Shown here piece after piece: positions 25,845-35,499 of a DNA stretch of 64,000 bases (its first letter is position 1; every line of letters begins with the position of its first letter). The stretch is from the IMG/VR virus record IMGVR_UViG_3300049811_000333, positions 16,633 to 80,632 of that record; one strand, written 5' to 3'. The notes beneath the pieces are model-generated. The model was not told where the DNA came from. It did not search any database and was given only the letters and a program-made list of their open reading frames with translations. Both the position numbers and the translations under genes were made by a program. This stretch comes from a virus.

Positions 25845-26120
25845 ATGAAGACCATAGCACTGTTACTCGCACTTGCCTTTGCTACCCCAGCGGCTGCTGC
25901 GCCCATGATCTTGGGCTGCCATAAGCAGTCTTGCGTGACGGCGACCAGCAAAACCAGCACCCGGACGGCCTCGGGGCCGGTCCGGGATGGGAAGGTGCGC
26001 CTGCCTGGCGGAACCTGGGTTGACTGCGCTGGCGGACCGAAGGTCTCGCTGGGGGACTGCAGGGACACCCTGCGGAAGAAGACGGTCGACTTCTGGTACG
26101 AGCAGAAGCTGAACAACTAG
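25845..26120 (+). CDS. secreted protein (Hyphomicrobiales-like VRLPGGTW.DC family)
   Basis: AGGAGG RBS, signal peptide, VRLPGGTWVDC...DCRDTLR...VDFW. Confidence 0.6.
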   Translation: MKTIALLLALAFATPAAAAPMILGCHKQSCVTATSKTSTRTASGPVRDGKVRLPGGTWVDCAGGPKVSLGDCRDTLRKKTVDFWYEQKLNN

Positions 26121-27402
26121 CACCCTGGCGGCTTCCCGACATGCTTGCTGAAGAGCTTCTCGCTGAGGGACCACCACTTCTCCCACTCTTCCTCGGAGAG
26201 AGCCTTCTCGGTCCGGGTTGGGATGAAAGTGATGGTGGCAACCAGCACCCCATCCACCGAGATGATGGACCAGGCGGCGTTGTGCAGGCTTGCAGCTTTT
26301 TCCTGGACGATCTGGATGGCTTCTTCTTTGGTCATGCTGTGTCCGGGGAGGTTGGATTTACGGGCTTGGCGGTGATGCCCCCTACTGGGATATTCACCAC
26401 CGCTCCAGGGGAAAAATCAGACAGCTGGAGGGGGGCGAAAAACATATCCACCCCGTCTACCTCGACGAGGACGGTTTCCGGTTTCCGGGGAGGGGCAATG
26501 GTCACTTCCTGGATGTTGATCCAGCGGTCGAAGATGCAGGGGCGGATGTCCATCAGGACACCGTCCGCATCATAGAACTTGATGGCAACAGCGATCATGG
26601 GGTTTCCTCTTTTGAGGCGGAGGGGCCATCCATTTTGGATGGGTTGGGTCCCCAGTAGACATGGTAGGGGGCCTTCAGGATCACATAGCCGTTGTCAGAG
26701 ATGGCCTGGAGCACTGCGGAGGCCCGGTTCCGGAACATCTCCACGTCTTCCGGGTGGTGCTTCTGGAGCCATTCCCAGGACGCAGCCCCATCGGCAGCCC
26801 CGTAGATGGCCCTGGCGATGATTTCGAGCATCAACCCTCCGGGTTTGTGAAGGAGTTTTCCATGCCGCGCAGGTAGGACTCATTGGTGGCCTTCATGACC
26901 AGGGCCGTGATCCCGCTCAGGGCGTGCTCCTTGGCGAATTTCCCGGATTTGACCAGGTCCCGTCTCTCCAGCCACTCGTAGATGGCCAAGGCATACTCTT
27001 CCGGGCTCATGTCAGGTCACCGCGAAGTAGATGCACCACACCGACAGCGAGCAGATGGTGGCGATACCGAGGTAGATGACCCGGGCCATGAGGCCGAAGC
27101 CGATGTCGTCGTCGAACTGGGCCGAGATCCAGATCGCCATGGCGAAGAAGAGGGCGGACATGATGGCGGGAACGGCCCAGAGGCCGAAATCAAGCACGGG
27201 AAACCTCATCGATGAGCGCGTTGACGACTGTGACGATGGCCCTCCAGCTATCCAGAGGGACAGTAAGCCTGGCTCCGGGTGTGGAGATGGTGACTGCGGT
27301 GCTTGTCGATCTGTCGGAAGTCACCATTTCCACGTTTGCGGAGATGTGATGGACCCCAATCTTGACGTTGGAGGTCGCCTGCTTGGTTGTGGTTACTTCC
27401 AT
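26117..27402 (-). other. run of small leftward hypothetical CDSs
   Basis: ORFs 26117-26335, 26332-26598, 26595-26834, 27012-27209, 27190-27402 with coupled stop/start. Confidence 0.5.
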
Positions 27403-27656
27403 CCCATCGCCTCCTTTTCCTCGTCAGTGAGCTTTGCCAGGGCGGATTTCCGGAGCTCTCGGGTCTCCTCCAGCTTCCGGAGGGTTTCCCAGTAGGCTTT
27501 GACGGCCTTTCCTCTGTCGTAGACGTCGGAAATGACGCCGCCCCCATCACAGAAGTCGCAATACCCCAGGCGGCGGCCCTTGTTGCCTTCGTAGGCATCG
27601 CGGGGCTCGGTCCACGTCTTGCCGCTCCCCTCGCAAACCGGGCATTTGATGTTCAT
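27393..27656 (-). CDS. DnaJ-type Zn-finger protein
   Basis: CPVCEGSG and CDFCDGGG. Confidence 0.65.
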   Translation of the reverse strand: MNIKCPVCEGSGKTWTEPRDAYEGNKGRRLGYCDFCDGGGVISDVYDRGKAVKAYWETLRKLEETRELRKSALAKLTDEEKEAMGWK

Positions 27657-27922
27657 TAGTGCTCCGATACGGGTTTTTCGCCATTTTTACTGGCGGTAAA
27701 GGCTCGGAGGTCCTTGAAGAACCTCTCAGATTGGGTTTGGGGACCGGAAATGGCAATCCCGGCCATCGAATAGCTGGCTTTCAGACCCGGATAGAGGTCG
27801 TCCAGCAGCCCCTGGACCTTGTCCAGGGCTGCTTTCTGGGTCGCCATCATCTCGATGAGGGTCCCGAGCTCGTCCTTGGAGAGAATTTCAGCCACCCATG
27901 CCTCCCCAGGGTCGATCCCCAC
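27656..27922 (-). CDS. hypothetical protein
   Basis: ORF in leftward run. Confidence 0.45.
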   Translation of the reverse strand: MGIDPGEAWVAEILSKDELGTLIEMMATQKAALDKVQGLLDDLYPGLKASYSMAGIAISGPQTQSERFFKDLRAFTASKNGEKPVSEH

Positions 27923-28298
27923 CGCTTCCGACCCGGACGATGGTGAATTCCCGGTCCAGAACCCACCAATCCGACTTCACCACGTTGAACTCCTCGACGG
28001 CGGCCAGGATTTTCTGGGTGTCGAGATGTCCGCAAGTGTAGAAATCGAGCATCACCAGGGCCGGAGAGACCTCGTCCCAGATGTGCATAGCAACGTGGCT
28101 GGTGGTGATGATGCAGGTCCCGGTCCAGCCGCGGTTTCCGGGCATCTTGTGGTAGCGGGCATGGGGCCCTTCGAGGATTTCCATTCCCTGGGCCTCAATC
28201 AGCCGCTCGAACCACTTTTCGGTAAAAGCCCGCTCACCCTCCCTTGGAGGGTGCATGACTTCGAACCGGCCAATGAAATGCTTGTGGGCAAGGATCAT
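27888..28298 (-). CDS. speD: S-adenosylmethionine decarboxylase-like proenzyme (pyruvoyl)
   Basis: GWTGTCIITTSHVAMHIW and LDFYTCG motifs. Confidence 0.8.
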   Translation of the reverse strand: MILAHKHFIGRFEVMHPPREGERAFTEKWFERLIEAQGMEILEGPHARYHKMPGNRGWTGTCIITTSHVAMHIWDEVSPALVMLDFYTCGHLDTQKILAAVEEFNVVKSDWWVLDREFTIVRVGSGGDRPWGGMGG

Positions 28299-28567
28299 GG
28301 CGACCCCCACGAGTTCTGGAGGCTGGTGACCTCCATTTTGATCCTCCGGATCTCCTGCAGGAAGGGCAGGATGTAGTCCGGGTTGATGGCCATGGTGACG
28401 GCCACCCCGTCATCTTTCCGCTCCACCTTCAGCTGGAGGTGAAAGTCCTGGAACTGCTCTTCCAGGCACTGGGCGATGTCCGCGGCCAGGACATAGGGGG
28501 TGGTGTGGTCGATCTTGGATCCCAGATAGGCCCCGATCTCCTGGTAGGCTTCCATCAGGGTGGTCAT
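28295..28567 (-). CDS. hypothetical protein
   Basis: Coupled to speD-like gene. Confidence 0.5.
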   Translation of the reverse strand: MTTLMEAYQEIGAYLGSKIDHTTPYVLAADIAQCLEEQFQDFHLQLKVERKDDGVAVTMAINPDYILPFLQEIRRIKMEVTSLQNSWGSP

Positions 28568-28764
28568 CAGTTCCCACCCTTGGTCATGGAGACAAAGGCC
28601 ATAGCCTCGGCCTCAGTGTCGAAGTCGGCGGCAATAAGCATGTCCCCGTCCTCCAGGAAAATCTGTGCAATGGTGGCCCCGGAGACCTCCTCCAGGTGCT
28701 TGATGGCGTCGTGCAGCGCTTTGTGCGCTTCAAGTAGGGCCGGGCTGGTCTTCGGTGCTGTCAT
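28567..28764 (-). CDS. hypothetical protein
   Basis: GGAGG RBS. Confidence 0.5.
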   Translation of the reverse strand: MTAPKTSPALLEAHKALHDAIKHLEEVSGATIAQIFLEDGDMLIAADFDTEAEAMAFVSMTKGGN

Positions 28765-28872
28765 TGGGTCCCTCCGTATATGGTAACGTATACACAAATT
28801 GCGCGCAGGCGCCAGCCCCGCCCCCGCAGATCGCAAGAAAATAACTCTGGCGTCCTGTCAAGCGTAATTTTG

Positions 28873-28901
28873 TTGCGTGATGCGTATACTTCCTGTATAA
28901 T
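28873..28901 (+). promoter_or_regulatory. near-consensus promoter for the terminase operon
   Basis: TTGCGT-gatgcgtatacttcctg-TATAAT. Confidence 0.75.
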
Positions 28902-28909
28902 ATCAGGCC

Positions 28910-29365
28910 ATGGCAAAGAATACGGTCAACTGGAAGCACGACTTGAAGGGCACGCGCTCTGACTCCCGGGAGAGTTTCACCCAGGAGCAGGTGGCCGAAG
29001 CCCTCGTGGCGGCTGGGGGTGTGCAGGCGGACGCGGCGCGGATCCTTGGATGCTCGCGCACGACCATCAACGGCTATGTCCGCCGCTACCCCAACCTCCA
29101 GGAACTGATCATCAACGCCCGTGAGGAGACCCTGGACCTCGCGGAGAGCCAACTCCTGAAGAAGGTGAAGGAGGGCAACATGACCGCCATCATCTTCTAC
29201 CTGAAGACCCAGGGTAAGCAGCGCGGTTACGTCGAGAAGGGGGAGGCGCCTCAGAAGCCGGACGAGACCCAGGACTTCTCCACGGCGACGACAGAGGAGC
29301 TTCAGGAGCTTGAACGGGAACTTGCTGGCCTCAATTCCGCCAAGCCTCCGCGCCTCAACTCTTGA
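28910..29365 (+). CDS. terS: terminase small subunit (HTH)
   Basis: HTH AARILGCSRTTI, GNMTAIIFYLKTQGK.RGY; immediately upstream of terL. Confidence 0.8.
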   Translation: MAKNTVNWKHDLKGTRSDSRESFTQEQVAEALVAAGGVQADAARILGCSRTTINGYVRRYPNLQELIINAREETLDLAESQLLKKVKEGNMTAIIFYLKTQGKQRGYVEKGEAPQKPDETQDFSTATTEELQELERELAGLNSAKPPRLNS

Positions 29366-30800
29366 GAAGGTCCAGGCTACGCTCGCGAAGCGGAGCCTCA
29401 GAGCCTTCCTGCCTTGGGCATGGAATTGGATTGAGCCTCGGGAGTTCCGGGGCAATTGGCACATCGATGCGATTTGCGACCATCTCGAAGCGGTGAACCG
29501 CGGCGAGATCCGTCGCCTTTTGATCAACGTCCCGCCCCGTCACGCGAAGTCGCTCATCTGTAGCGTCTTCTGGCCCGCCTGGACCTGGATCCAGGACGGC
29601 ATGATGGGGGCTGATGGGTACGCGCTCCCGACCGTGGGTCGGGGCGCGCGCTTCCTCTGCGCCTCGTATTCGGATCGCCTGTCCCTTCGTGACTCTCTGC
29701 GAACCCGGCAGCTGGTGCAGAACTCCATCTACCAGCGCCAGTTCGGCATCAAGCTTTCCCCGGACCAGAAGTCCAAGTCCCGCTTCGACCTCGTCAAGGG
29801 TGGGTACCGCGTTGCCACCTCGACCGGCGGTATGGCCACGGGTGAAGGCGGCGACATCCTGATTGTCGACGACCCGCACAACGTCAAGCAGGCCGAGTCT
29901 CCGACCGTCCGAGAGGAGACCGTGCGCTGGTTCGGTGAGGTTCTCCCGACCCGCTTCAACGACCCCCGGCGCGGTGCCATGGTGGTCGTCATGCAGCGCG
30001 TCCATGAGCGGGACGTGTCCGGGTACATCCTGGCCGAGGAATTGGGGTACACCCACCTCTGTCTCCCCGGAGAATTCGAGCCGCTCCATCCCTACGCCTG
30101 GAAGGATGACCCCCGGAAGGAGCTCGGTGAGCTTCTCTGGCCGTCGCATATCGGCAAGGATGAAATCGAAGAGCTCCGGCGCAGCCTGGGCTCTTACGCC
30201 TATGCCGGACAGGTCCAGCAGCGCCCAGCGCCCCGTGAAGGTGGCATGTTCAAGCGCCACTGGATCCGGCTCTGTGAGCAGCTTCCTCCAAATCGCGTGC
30301 GTGTTCGGGCCTGGGACCTGGCTGGATCTCTGACGGGCTTTGACCCCGACTGGACGGTCGGCGTCTTGATGTCTCGTGACCCGGACGGCTGGATCTACAT
30401 CGAGGACATCCAGCGCTTCCGCGCCACCCCCGGTGAAGTGGAGCGCCAGATCAAGGCGACCGCCGCCCTCGACGGCAAGAAGACCACCGTCATCCTTCCG
30501 CAGGACCCTGGGTCCGCGGGCAAAGCCCAAGCCTCCTATCTGACCCGGGCCCTGATGGGCTACCGGGTCAAAAGCAATCGCGTCTCTGGTGACAAGGAGA
30601 CGCGCGCCGGTCCCTTCGCCTCCCAGTGCGAGCACGGCAACGTCCTGATGCTCCGCGCTCCGTGGAACGAAGAGGTCTACGGCGAGATCTGCACATTCCC
30701 GAACGGACGCCACGACGACATCGTCGACGCGCTGTCCGACGCTTTCAATGAACTCGCGGAAGCCCGCTTCGGCGCTGGCTCCCTACCCATGGTGTGGTAA
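29310..30800 (+). CDS. terL: terminase large subunit
   Basis: Walker A PPRHAKS, Walker B ILIVDDP, VMQR coupling motif, RAWDLA and FP.GRHDDIVDA nuclease motifs. Confidence 0.95.
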   Translation: MNGNLLASIPPSLRASTLEKVQATLAKRSLRAFLPWAWNWIEPREFRGNWHIDAICDHLEAVNRGEIRRLLINVPPRHAKSLICSVFWPAWTWIQDGMMGADGYALPTVGRGARFLCASYSDRLSLRDSLRTRQLVQNSIYQRQFGIKLSPDQKSKSRFDLVKGGYRVATSTGGMATGEGGDILIVDDPHNVKQAESPTVREETVRWFGEVLPTRFNDPRRGAMVVVMQRVHERDVSGYILAEELGYTHLCLPGEFEPLHPYAWKDDPRKELGELLWPSHIGKDEIEELRRSLGSYAYAGQVQQRPAPREGGMFKRHWIRLCEQLPPNRVRVRAWDLAGSLTGFDPDWTVGVLMSRDPDGWIYIEDIQRFRATPGEVERQIKATAALDGKKTTVILPQDPGSAGKAQASYLTRALMGYRVKSNRVSGDKETRAGPFASQCEHGNVLMLRAPWNEEVYGEICTFPNGRHDDIVDALSDAFNELAEARFGAGSLPMVW

Positions 30801-32393
30801 ATGGCCATCGACCCCTCAAAAATTGCCTCCGACCTCGGCGCTATGAGCGAGGACTGGCTCCTGCTCCGCTCGATCATGGGCGGGACCCCGGAGATGCGGA
30901 ACCAAGGTGAAACCTACCTCCCCAAGTATGATGGGGAGAGCGACACCACCTACGAAAACCGGAAAAAGCGGTCCGTTCTGACCAATTATTTGGAGGACGC
31001 GGTCCGCAACGCCGTCTCCCTGCCGTTCCGCAAGGACATCCTTGTCGGCGAAAACGTCGATGACGACATCAAGGAGCTCTTCAAGAACATCGACCTCGTG
31101 GGGAATGACATCACCCAGTTCGGCCGCCTCACCATGGACGACGGCGGGTTGATGGGCCTCGCGTTTATCCTGGTCGACTTCTCCAAGAACGAGACGGATG
31201 GAACCCTGAAGGCCGAGGGCGATGCCGCCCTTCGGCCGTATTGGACCCTCATCAAGGCCGATGACGTCCTGGCCTGCTACACAGAGATCGTGGGCGACCG
31301 CGAGAAGGTCTACCACTTCCGTTACAAGGAGACGATCACCCGCATCGACGAGGAATACGTCGAGACGGTGGTCGAGCGCGTCCGCGTCTACAAGCCCGGA
31401 GAGTGGGAAATCTGGGAGAAGGACAAGGGCGAGTGGAAGATGGTCGACTCCGGCCCCATGACCATCACCGAGGAAGTCCCCGTCGTCCCCGTGTTCTGCG
31501 GCAAGCGCCTCAATGGCTTCCGGGTCCGCCCCCTGTTTATCGATTTGGCCTATAAGCAGGTCGAGCACTGGCAGAGTGCTTCTGACCAGCGCAACATCCT
31601 GTCCTTCGCCCGCTTCCCGATGCTGGCTTGCTCCGGCACCGGGACGACCATGCAGGATGCCGAGATCACGGTCGGCCCCTCGCGAGTCCTGACCACCGAG
31701 CAGTCGGACGGCAAGTGGTACTACGTGGAGCCCAAGGGCGATGCCATCGAGGCCGGACGCAAGGACCTCGAAAATCTGAAGGAGGAGATGCGGATCCTTG
31801 GTCTGCAGCCCATCGTCGGGAAGTACCAGAACGTCACCGCCACCTCGCGTGCTCTCGACGAGACACGCGTGTACTCGGCTGTTCAGGTCCTGGCCATGAA
31901 CCTGGAAGACGCGCTCATCCGGGCGACCGACTTCACCGAGCGCTGGCTGGGCCGAGAGCCGACCCCGGACAAGGAAATCCACGTCAACCGCGACTTCAAC
32001 CTGTCGATCCGCGACACCGCGGAAGTCGACAGCCTCATCCGCTCGCGCATCACGGGCGAAATCTCGCGCCGGACCTTCTGGGAAGAGCTCCAGCGCCGCG
32101 GCACCCTGGCCCCGGACTTCGACCCGGACGAGGAGCAGGCCCAGCTGGATTACGAATTCCAGAACGGCCAGATCCCCTTCACTGTGTCGGCAGAGCTTCC
32201 GGGCGTGGAACTGACCCAGTCCGAGAAGAACGCCAACAAGGCGACCGACATCACCAACACCTTCGGCGAGATCAACAACGCCCGCAACAAGGCAGCCAAG
32301 AAGGGCCGGACCAATATCCGGTCCAACGAGCCTGCCAGCGCGTCGAAGGACAGTTCTTCGCTCCTCGACCTCAAGATGAGGCAGTCGCAGTAG
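30801..32393 (+). CDS. portal protein (DUF4055-like)
   Basis: YLPK...E....Y..R; P.F.DLA...V.HWQS.SD; follows terL. Confidence 0.85.
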   Translation: MAIDPSKIASDLGAMSEDWLLLRSIMGGTPEMRNQGETYLPKYDGESDTTYENRKKRSVLTNYLEDAVRNAVSLPFRKDILVGENVDDDIKELFKNIDLVGNDITQFGRLTMDDGGLMGLAFILVDFSKNETDGTLKAEGDAALRPYWTLIKADDVLACYTEIVGDREKVYHFRYKETITRIDEEYVETVVERVRVYKPGEWEIWEKDKGEWKMVDSGPMTITEEVPVVPVFCGKRLNGFRVRPLFIDLAYKQVEHWQSASDQRNILSFARFPMLACSGTGTTMQDAEITVGPSRVLTTEQSDGKWYYVEPKGDAIEAGRKDLENLKEEMRILGLQPIVGKYQNVTATSRALDETRVYSAVQVLAMNLEDALIRATDFTERWLGREPTPDKEIHVNRDFNLSIRDTAEVDSLIRSRITGEISRRTFWEELQRRGTLAPDFDPDEEQAQLDYEFQNGQIPFTVSAELPGVELTQSEKNANKATDITNTFGEINNARNKAAKKGRTNIRSNEPASASKDSSSLLDLKMRQSQ

Positions 32394-32502
32394 TGGCCGA
32401 ATACTGGCGTGCGCAATAAAATTACTTGACTCAGGGAGTCATTTGATATATTATTACCAGACTGGCACAAGTGTAGCCAAGTCTTGGCGCCAGCATTACT
32501 GC

Positions 32503-32577
32503 ATCGGCGTGGTGTAACTGGCAGCATTGGGGTCTCCAAAACCCCAGGTCCAGGATCGTTGCCTGGCGCCCTTGCCA
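32503..32577 (+). tRNA. degenerate tRNA-Trp(CCA)
   Basis: GGGGT-CTCCAAA-ACCCC anticodon arm, CCAGG/CCTGG T stem, GCCA end; two acceptor mismatches and T loop ATCGTTG. Confidence 0.65.
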
Positions 32578-32625
32578 TCTTGGCCCAGCGAGGGGCGTTG
32601 TCCCCTCCAGCGCCTCTCGCACCCC

Positions 32626-32805
32626 ATGACAGATCCCTTCTACCGGACCGTCGACCTCGACGGCTGGTCCCTGACGATTTCGAGCTCGGACACCGTGGAC
32701 CTCGTCCTCGACGGTGGGCCGATGCCTTTCAGTTTTTGCCTGAACGCCGACCAAGCTGAAGAGCTCCTGGTGGCCTTGCAGGCGGCCTTGGAGAAAATTC
32801 TATGA
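32626..32805 (+). CDS. hypothetical protein
   Basis: Coupled to next gene. Confidence 0.4.
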   Translation: MTDPFYRTVDLDGWSLTISSSDTVDLVLDGGPMPFSFCLNADQAEELLVALQAALEKIL

Positions 32806-33188
32806 CAGCGTTTACCAACTACGCTGAGAACCTGGTCATGACCTGGCTGTTCACGGCTTCTGCCGCGACCCGCCCCACGGCCTGGTATGTGGCCCTGCAC
32901 ACCGCGGACCCGACTGAAGTCGGCAACGTCGGCGAGTTGACCGGCAACGGCTATGCCCGCCAGTCCGCGACCTGGACCATTGCTTCGAACGAAGCCTCGA
33001 ACACCGGCACCCTGACCTTCGGCCCCAACACCACGACGAACTGGGGCTCCGTGTCCCACGTCTCGGTGTGGGACGCTGTTTCGGCTGGCAACTGTCTCGC
33101 CAAGGGCGCGCTGTCGTCCTCGGTCACGATCAACGTCGGCGATAGTCTCACAATCGCTGCTGGGGCTCTCGACATCACCCTCGACTAA
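32802..33188 (+). CDS. small virion fibre/structural subunit
   Basis: NYAEN...WYVALHTADP...GNGYARQ...NWG.VSH..VWDA..AGNCL family of small phage structural proteins. Confidence 0.7.
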   Translation: MTAFTNYAENLVMTWLFTASAATRPTAWYVALHTADPTEVGNVGELTGNGYARQSATWTIASNEASNTGTLTFGPNTTTNWGSVSHVSVWDAVSAGNCLAKGALSSSVTINVGDSLTIAAGALDITLD

Positions 33189-33240
33189 AATTCATTGCGT
33201 CTCATAACTGACGAGTGCCTGTGGTATAATAGGAGGGAGG

Positions 33241-33693
33241 ATGACCCCATTCGAGTTCATCTTCGGACCCTCGCAAACGCAGCAACGTCTTGAAGACGCG
33301 CACACGAAACTGGACGCGCTGATCGAGCGCCTCACTCTCTTGGAGAACTCTATGTCTTATGCTTTGGAAGTGCTCACCGCCAAGGTGCGTGAGCAGGGCG
33401 ACGTCGTGTCGTCCGCCGTGGCCCTCATCAAGGGTCTGAAGGAACAGCTGGCCTCGGCCGTCGCCCAGGCCGCCAACTCGGGCGCCGATGTGGCCGCTCT
33501 CGAAAAGCTCACGGCTGAGCTCGACACGTATGGCGACAGCCTCGCTGAAGCCGTAGCTGCGAATACGGTGGCTGAAGCCCCGGCCGCTCCGGAAGCCCCG
33601 GTTGAAGCTCCGGCCGAGCCTGTCGCTGAGGCTCCTGTGGAAGCCCCTGTTGAGGCCCCCGTCGAGGCTCCGGCTGAAGAGCCCCAGGCCTAA
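33241..33693 (+). CDS. coiled-coil protein with EAPV/EAPA tandem-repeat tail
   Basis: Extended -10 TGnTATAAT at 33222-33230 and GGAGG RBS; imperfect 12-bp repeats about 33570-33685. Confidence 0.65.
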   Translation: MTPFEFIFGPSQTQQRLEDAHTKLDALIERLTLLENSMSYALEVLTAKVREQGDVVSSAVALIKGLKEQLASAVAQAANSGADVAALEKLTAELDTYGDSLAEAVAANTVAEAPAAPEAPVEAPAEPVAEAPVEAPVEAPVEAPAEEPQA

Positions 33694-33832
33694 TGAGATA
33701 AACCTAGGGTCGGCCTCTGCTTGCATGCTCCCTGGGTCAGTCATGTGCCGGGCGCGGGGAAACCCGCCCCGGCTGCATCCCTATGCCGTCGATCCGGCGA
33801 CGGTGTTGGCATGCATTTCACAGAGGTGATCA

Positions 33833-34300
33833 ATGGCTTTCCCATCTTCTTCTGGGACCAAGCAGGAAAACCTTGCGTCAGCCTGGAGCATTGCTCGCAA
33901 TGCCGCGGGCGGCATCAAGCAGCGCGCCGAGAGCCTGAAGACGTCTAGCGCTGCCGGGCCGATCCCGGCCGCGTCGGTTCTCGACCTCCTGACCTACCTG
34001 GCTGATCAGAAGCTCGTGCTGTCTCGCGTTGCCGGGCTGACTGGCATTGCGGCCTACGCCCAGGAACAGGTCGGTGACCCGGCCCTCAACGTCGCCACCG
34101 AGTACAGCAACATGATTGCTGCGGTTGACGCCGTGAGGGATTGGGTGCTCGCCAACTTCCCGAAGGACGGCAGTGGCTACCTTCTCGTCACCCAGTTTGC
34201 TGGCGACAATTCCGGACGCACGGTCAGCCGCCAGTTCTCTTCTGCTGAGACAGCCGGGTTGAGGACGGTCTTGGATGCCTTGATCGCCACCATTGATTAG
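33833..34300 (+). CDS. putative structural protein
   Basis: GAGGTG RBS; within structural cluster. Confidence 0.6.
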   Translation: MAFPSSSGTKQENLASAWSIARNAAGGIKQRAESLKTSSAAGPIPAASVLDLLTYLADQKLVLSRVAGLTGIAAYAQEQVGDPALNVATEYSNMIAAVDAVRDWVLANFPKDGSGYLLVTQFAGDNSGRTVSRQFSSAETAGLRTVLDALIATID

Positions 34301-34308
34301 GAGCTGAT

Positions 34309-35499
34309 ATGGCTCTCGCGCTGACGGCTAAGCTGCAGGAGCGAGCAGGCACAGGCTCGACAGCTTACGGAACTGGCTCCTACACTACGGCCTCCTTTAC
34401 GCCCGCCAACAATTCGCTGTTGGTCGTTGCGGTGATGGTGGAAGAAGACAACTTCCAAACGCCCACAATCGCCGACAACATTACGATTTCCGGCGGTGGC
34501 CTGACGTGGACCAGTCGTGTTCAGGCACAGGGGGCTGTGTCGGGAACGTGGGCGGCTGGCCTTCGCGTATTTACGGCCCATGTGACAGTCGGCGCCAGCA
34601 TGACCGTCACGGTCGACTGCGGCGGGCTTTCGGCCTGGAGCTACGAAGTCCAGATCTTTGAATTTACGGGTCACAATCCTGGAAGCCCGGTTGGTGGAAC
34701 GGCCTCGTTTTACTCTGGAACAGGGGGCAACTCCGGCGCTGAGACCCTGACGCTTTCGTCGGCTCCGGTGTCTGCAAGCTACGTGCTGGGCTTCGCCTAC
34801 AATGACGTGACGTCGGACAGTGGAGTAACAACCGGAACAGGTTGGACGCAGCAATACCGCAGCTATGAGCAGTATTACACGGCGCACTCGCAGTCGCGGA
34901 CCGGGTCGACCTCAGAAAGCGTCACTTGGAATGACCTCACGTCCGGGTATCTATCTGCGGCCGTCGCGCTGGAGATCAAGGCCGAGCCGACATATTTCGG
35001 TGGGACACCTGGCACCCAAGCCAACAATGATAGCGGCTATACCGCGTGGGGGACCTACACCTGTCCTGGCTCTGGATCGCAAGCGGTGACCGTGTGCGGG
35101 GCCTATGGCCACGCGATCAGCACCACCCCCGTCAACCTTCGCATCGCCATTTATGACTCGGCCGGGACCACGCTGATCGCGCAAAGCGCAGCCTTTACGG
35201 GTGTGCATAACGGCGGCGTGAACATCTGGCAATACGCCCCGATTTCAGCCACCCTGACGGGCGGCGCCAGCTATAAGCTTGCTCTGTCCATAGGCTCCGC
35301 TGGTTGGTCTTGTGAGGCCATGACGTCCTCGATCACGGATGGCAACTACGAGCCGGTTGACTACACGTCAGGCGGCTTCCCGGCGTCCCTGCCGACACCA
35401 GACAACCAATACTATATGTACCCGCTGCGGATCGGCGTTGATGCGGCAGATGCAAATACGACAACACGCAAGCTGATGGTCCTCCTTGGAGTTGGATGA
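34309..35499 (+). CDS. beta-rich putative virion/fibre protein
   Basis: Thr/Ser/Gly-rich; TPANNSLLVV, LRIAIYD. Confidence 0.65.
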   Translation: MALALTAKLQERAGTGSTAYGTGSYTTASFTPANNSLLVVAVMVEEDNFQTPTIADNITISGGGLTWTSRVQAQGAVSGTWAAGLRVFTAHVTVGASMTVTVDCGGLSAWSYEVQIFEFTGHNPGSPVGGTASFYSGTGGNSGAETLTLSSAPVSASYVLGFAYNDVTSDSGVTTGTGWTQQYRSYEQYYTAHSQSRTGSTSESVTWNDLTSGYLSAAVALEIKAEPTYFGGTPGTQANNDSGYTAWGTYTCPGSGSQAVTVCGAYGHAISTTPVNLRIAIYDSAGTTLIAQSAAFTGVHNGGVNIWQYAPISATLTGGASYKLALSIGSAGWSCEAMTSSITDGNYEPVDYTSGGFPASLPTPDNQYYMYPLRIGVDAADANTTTRKLMVLLGVG

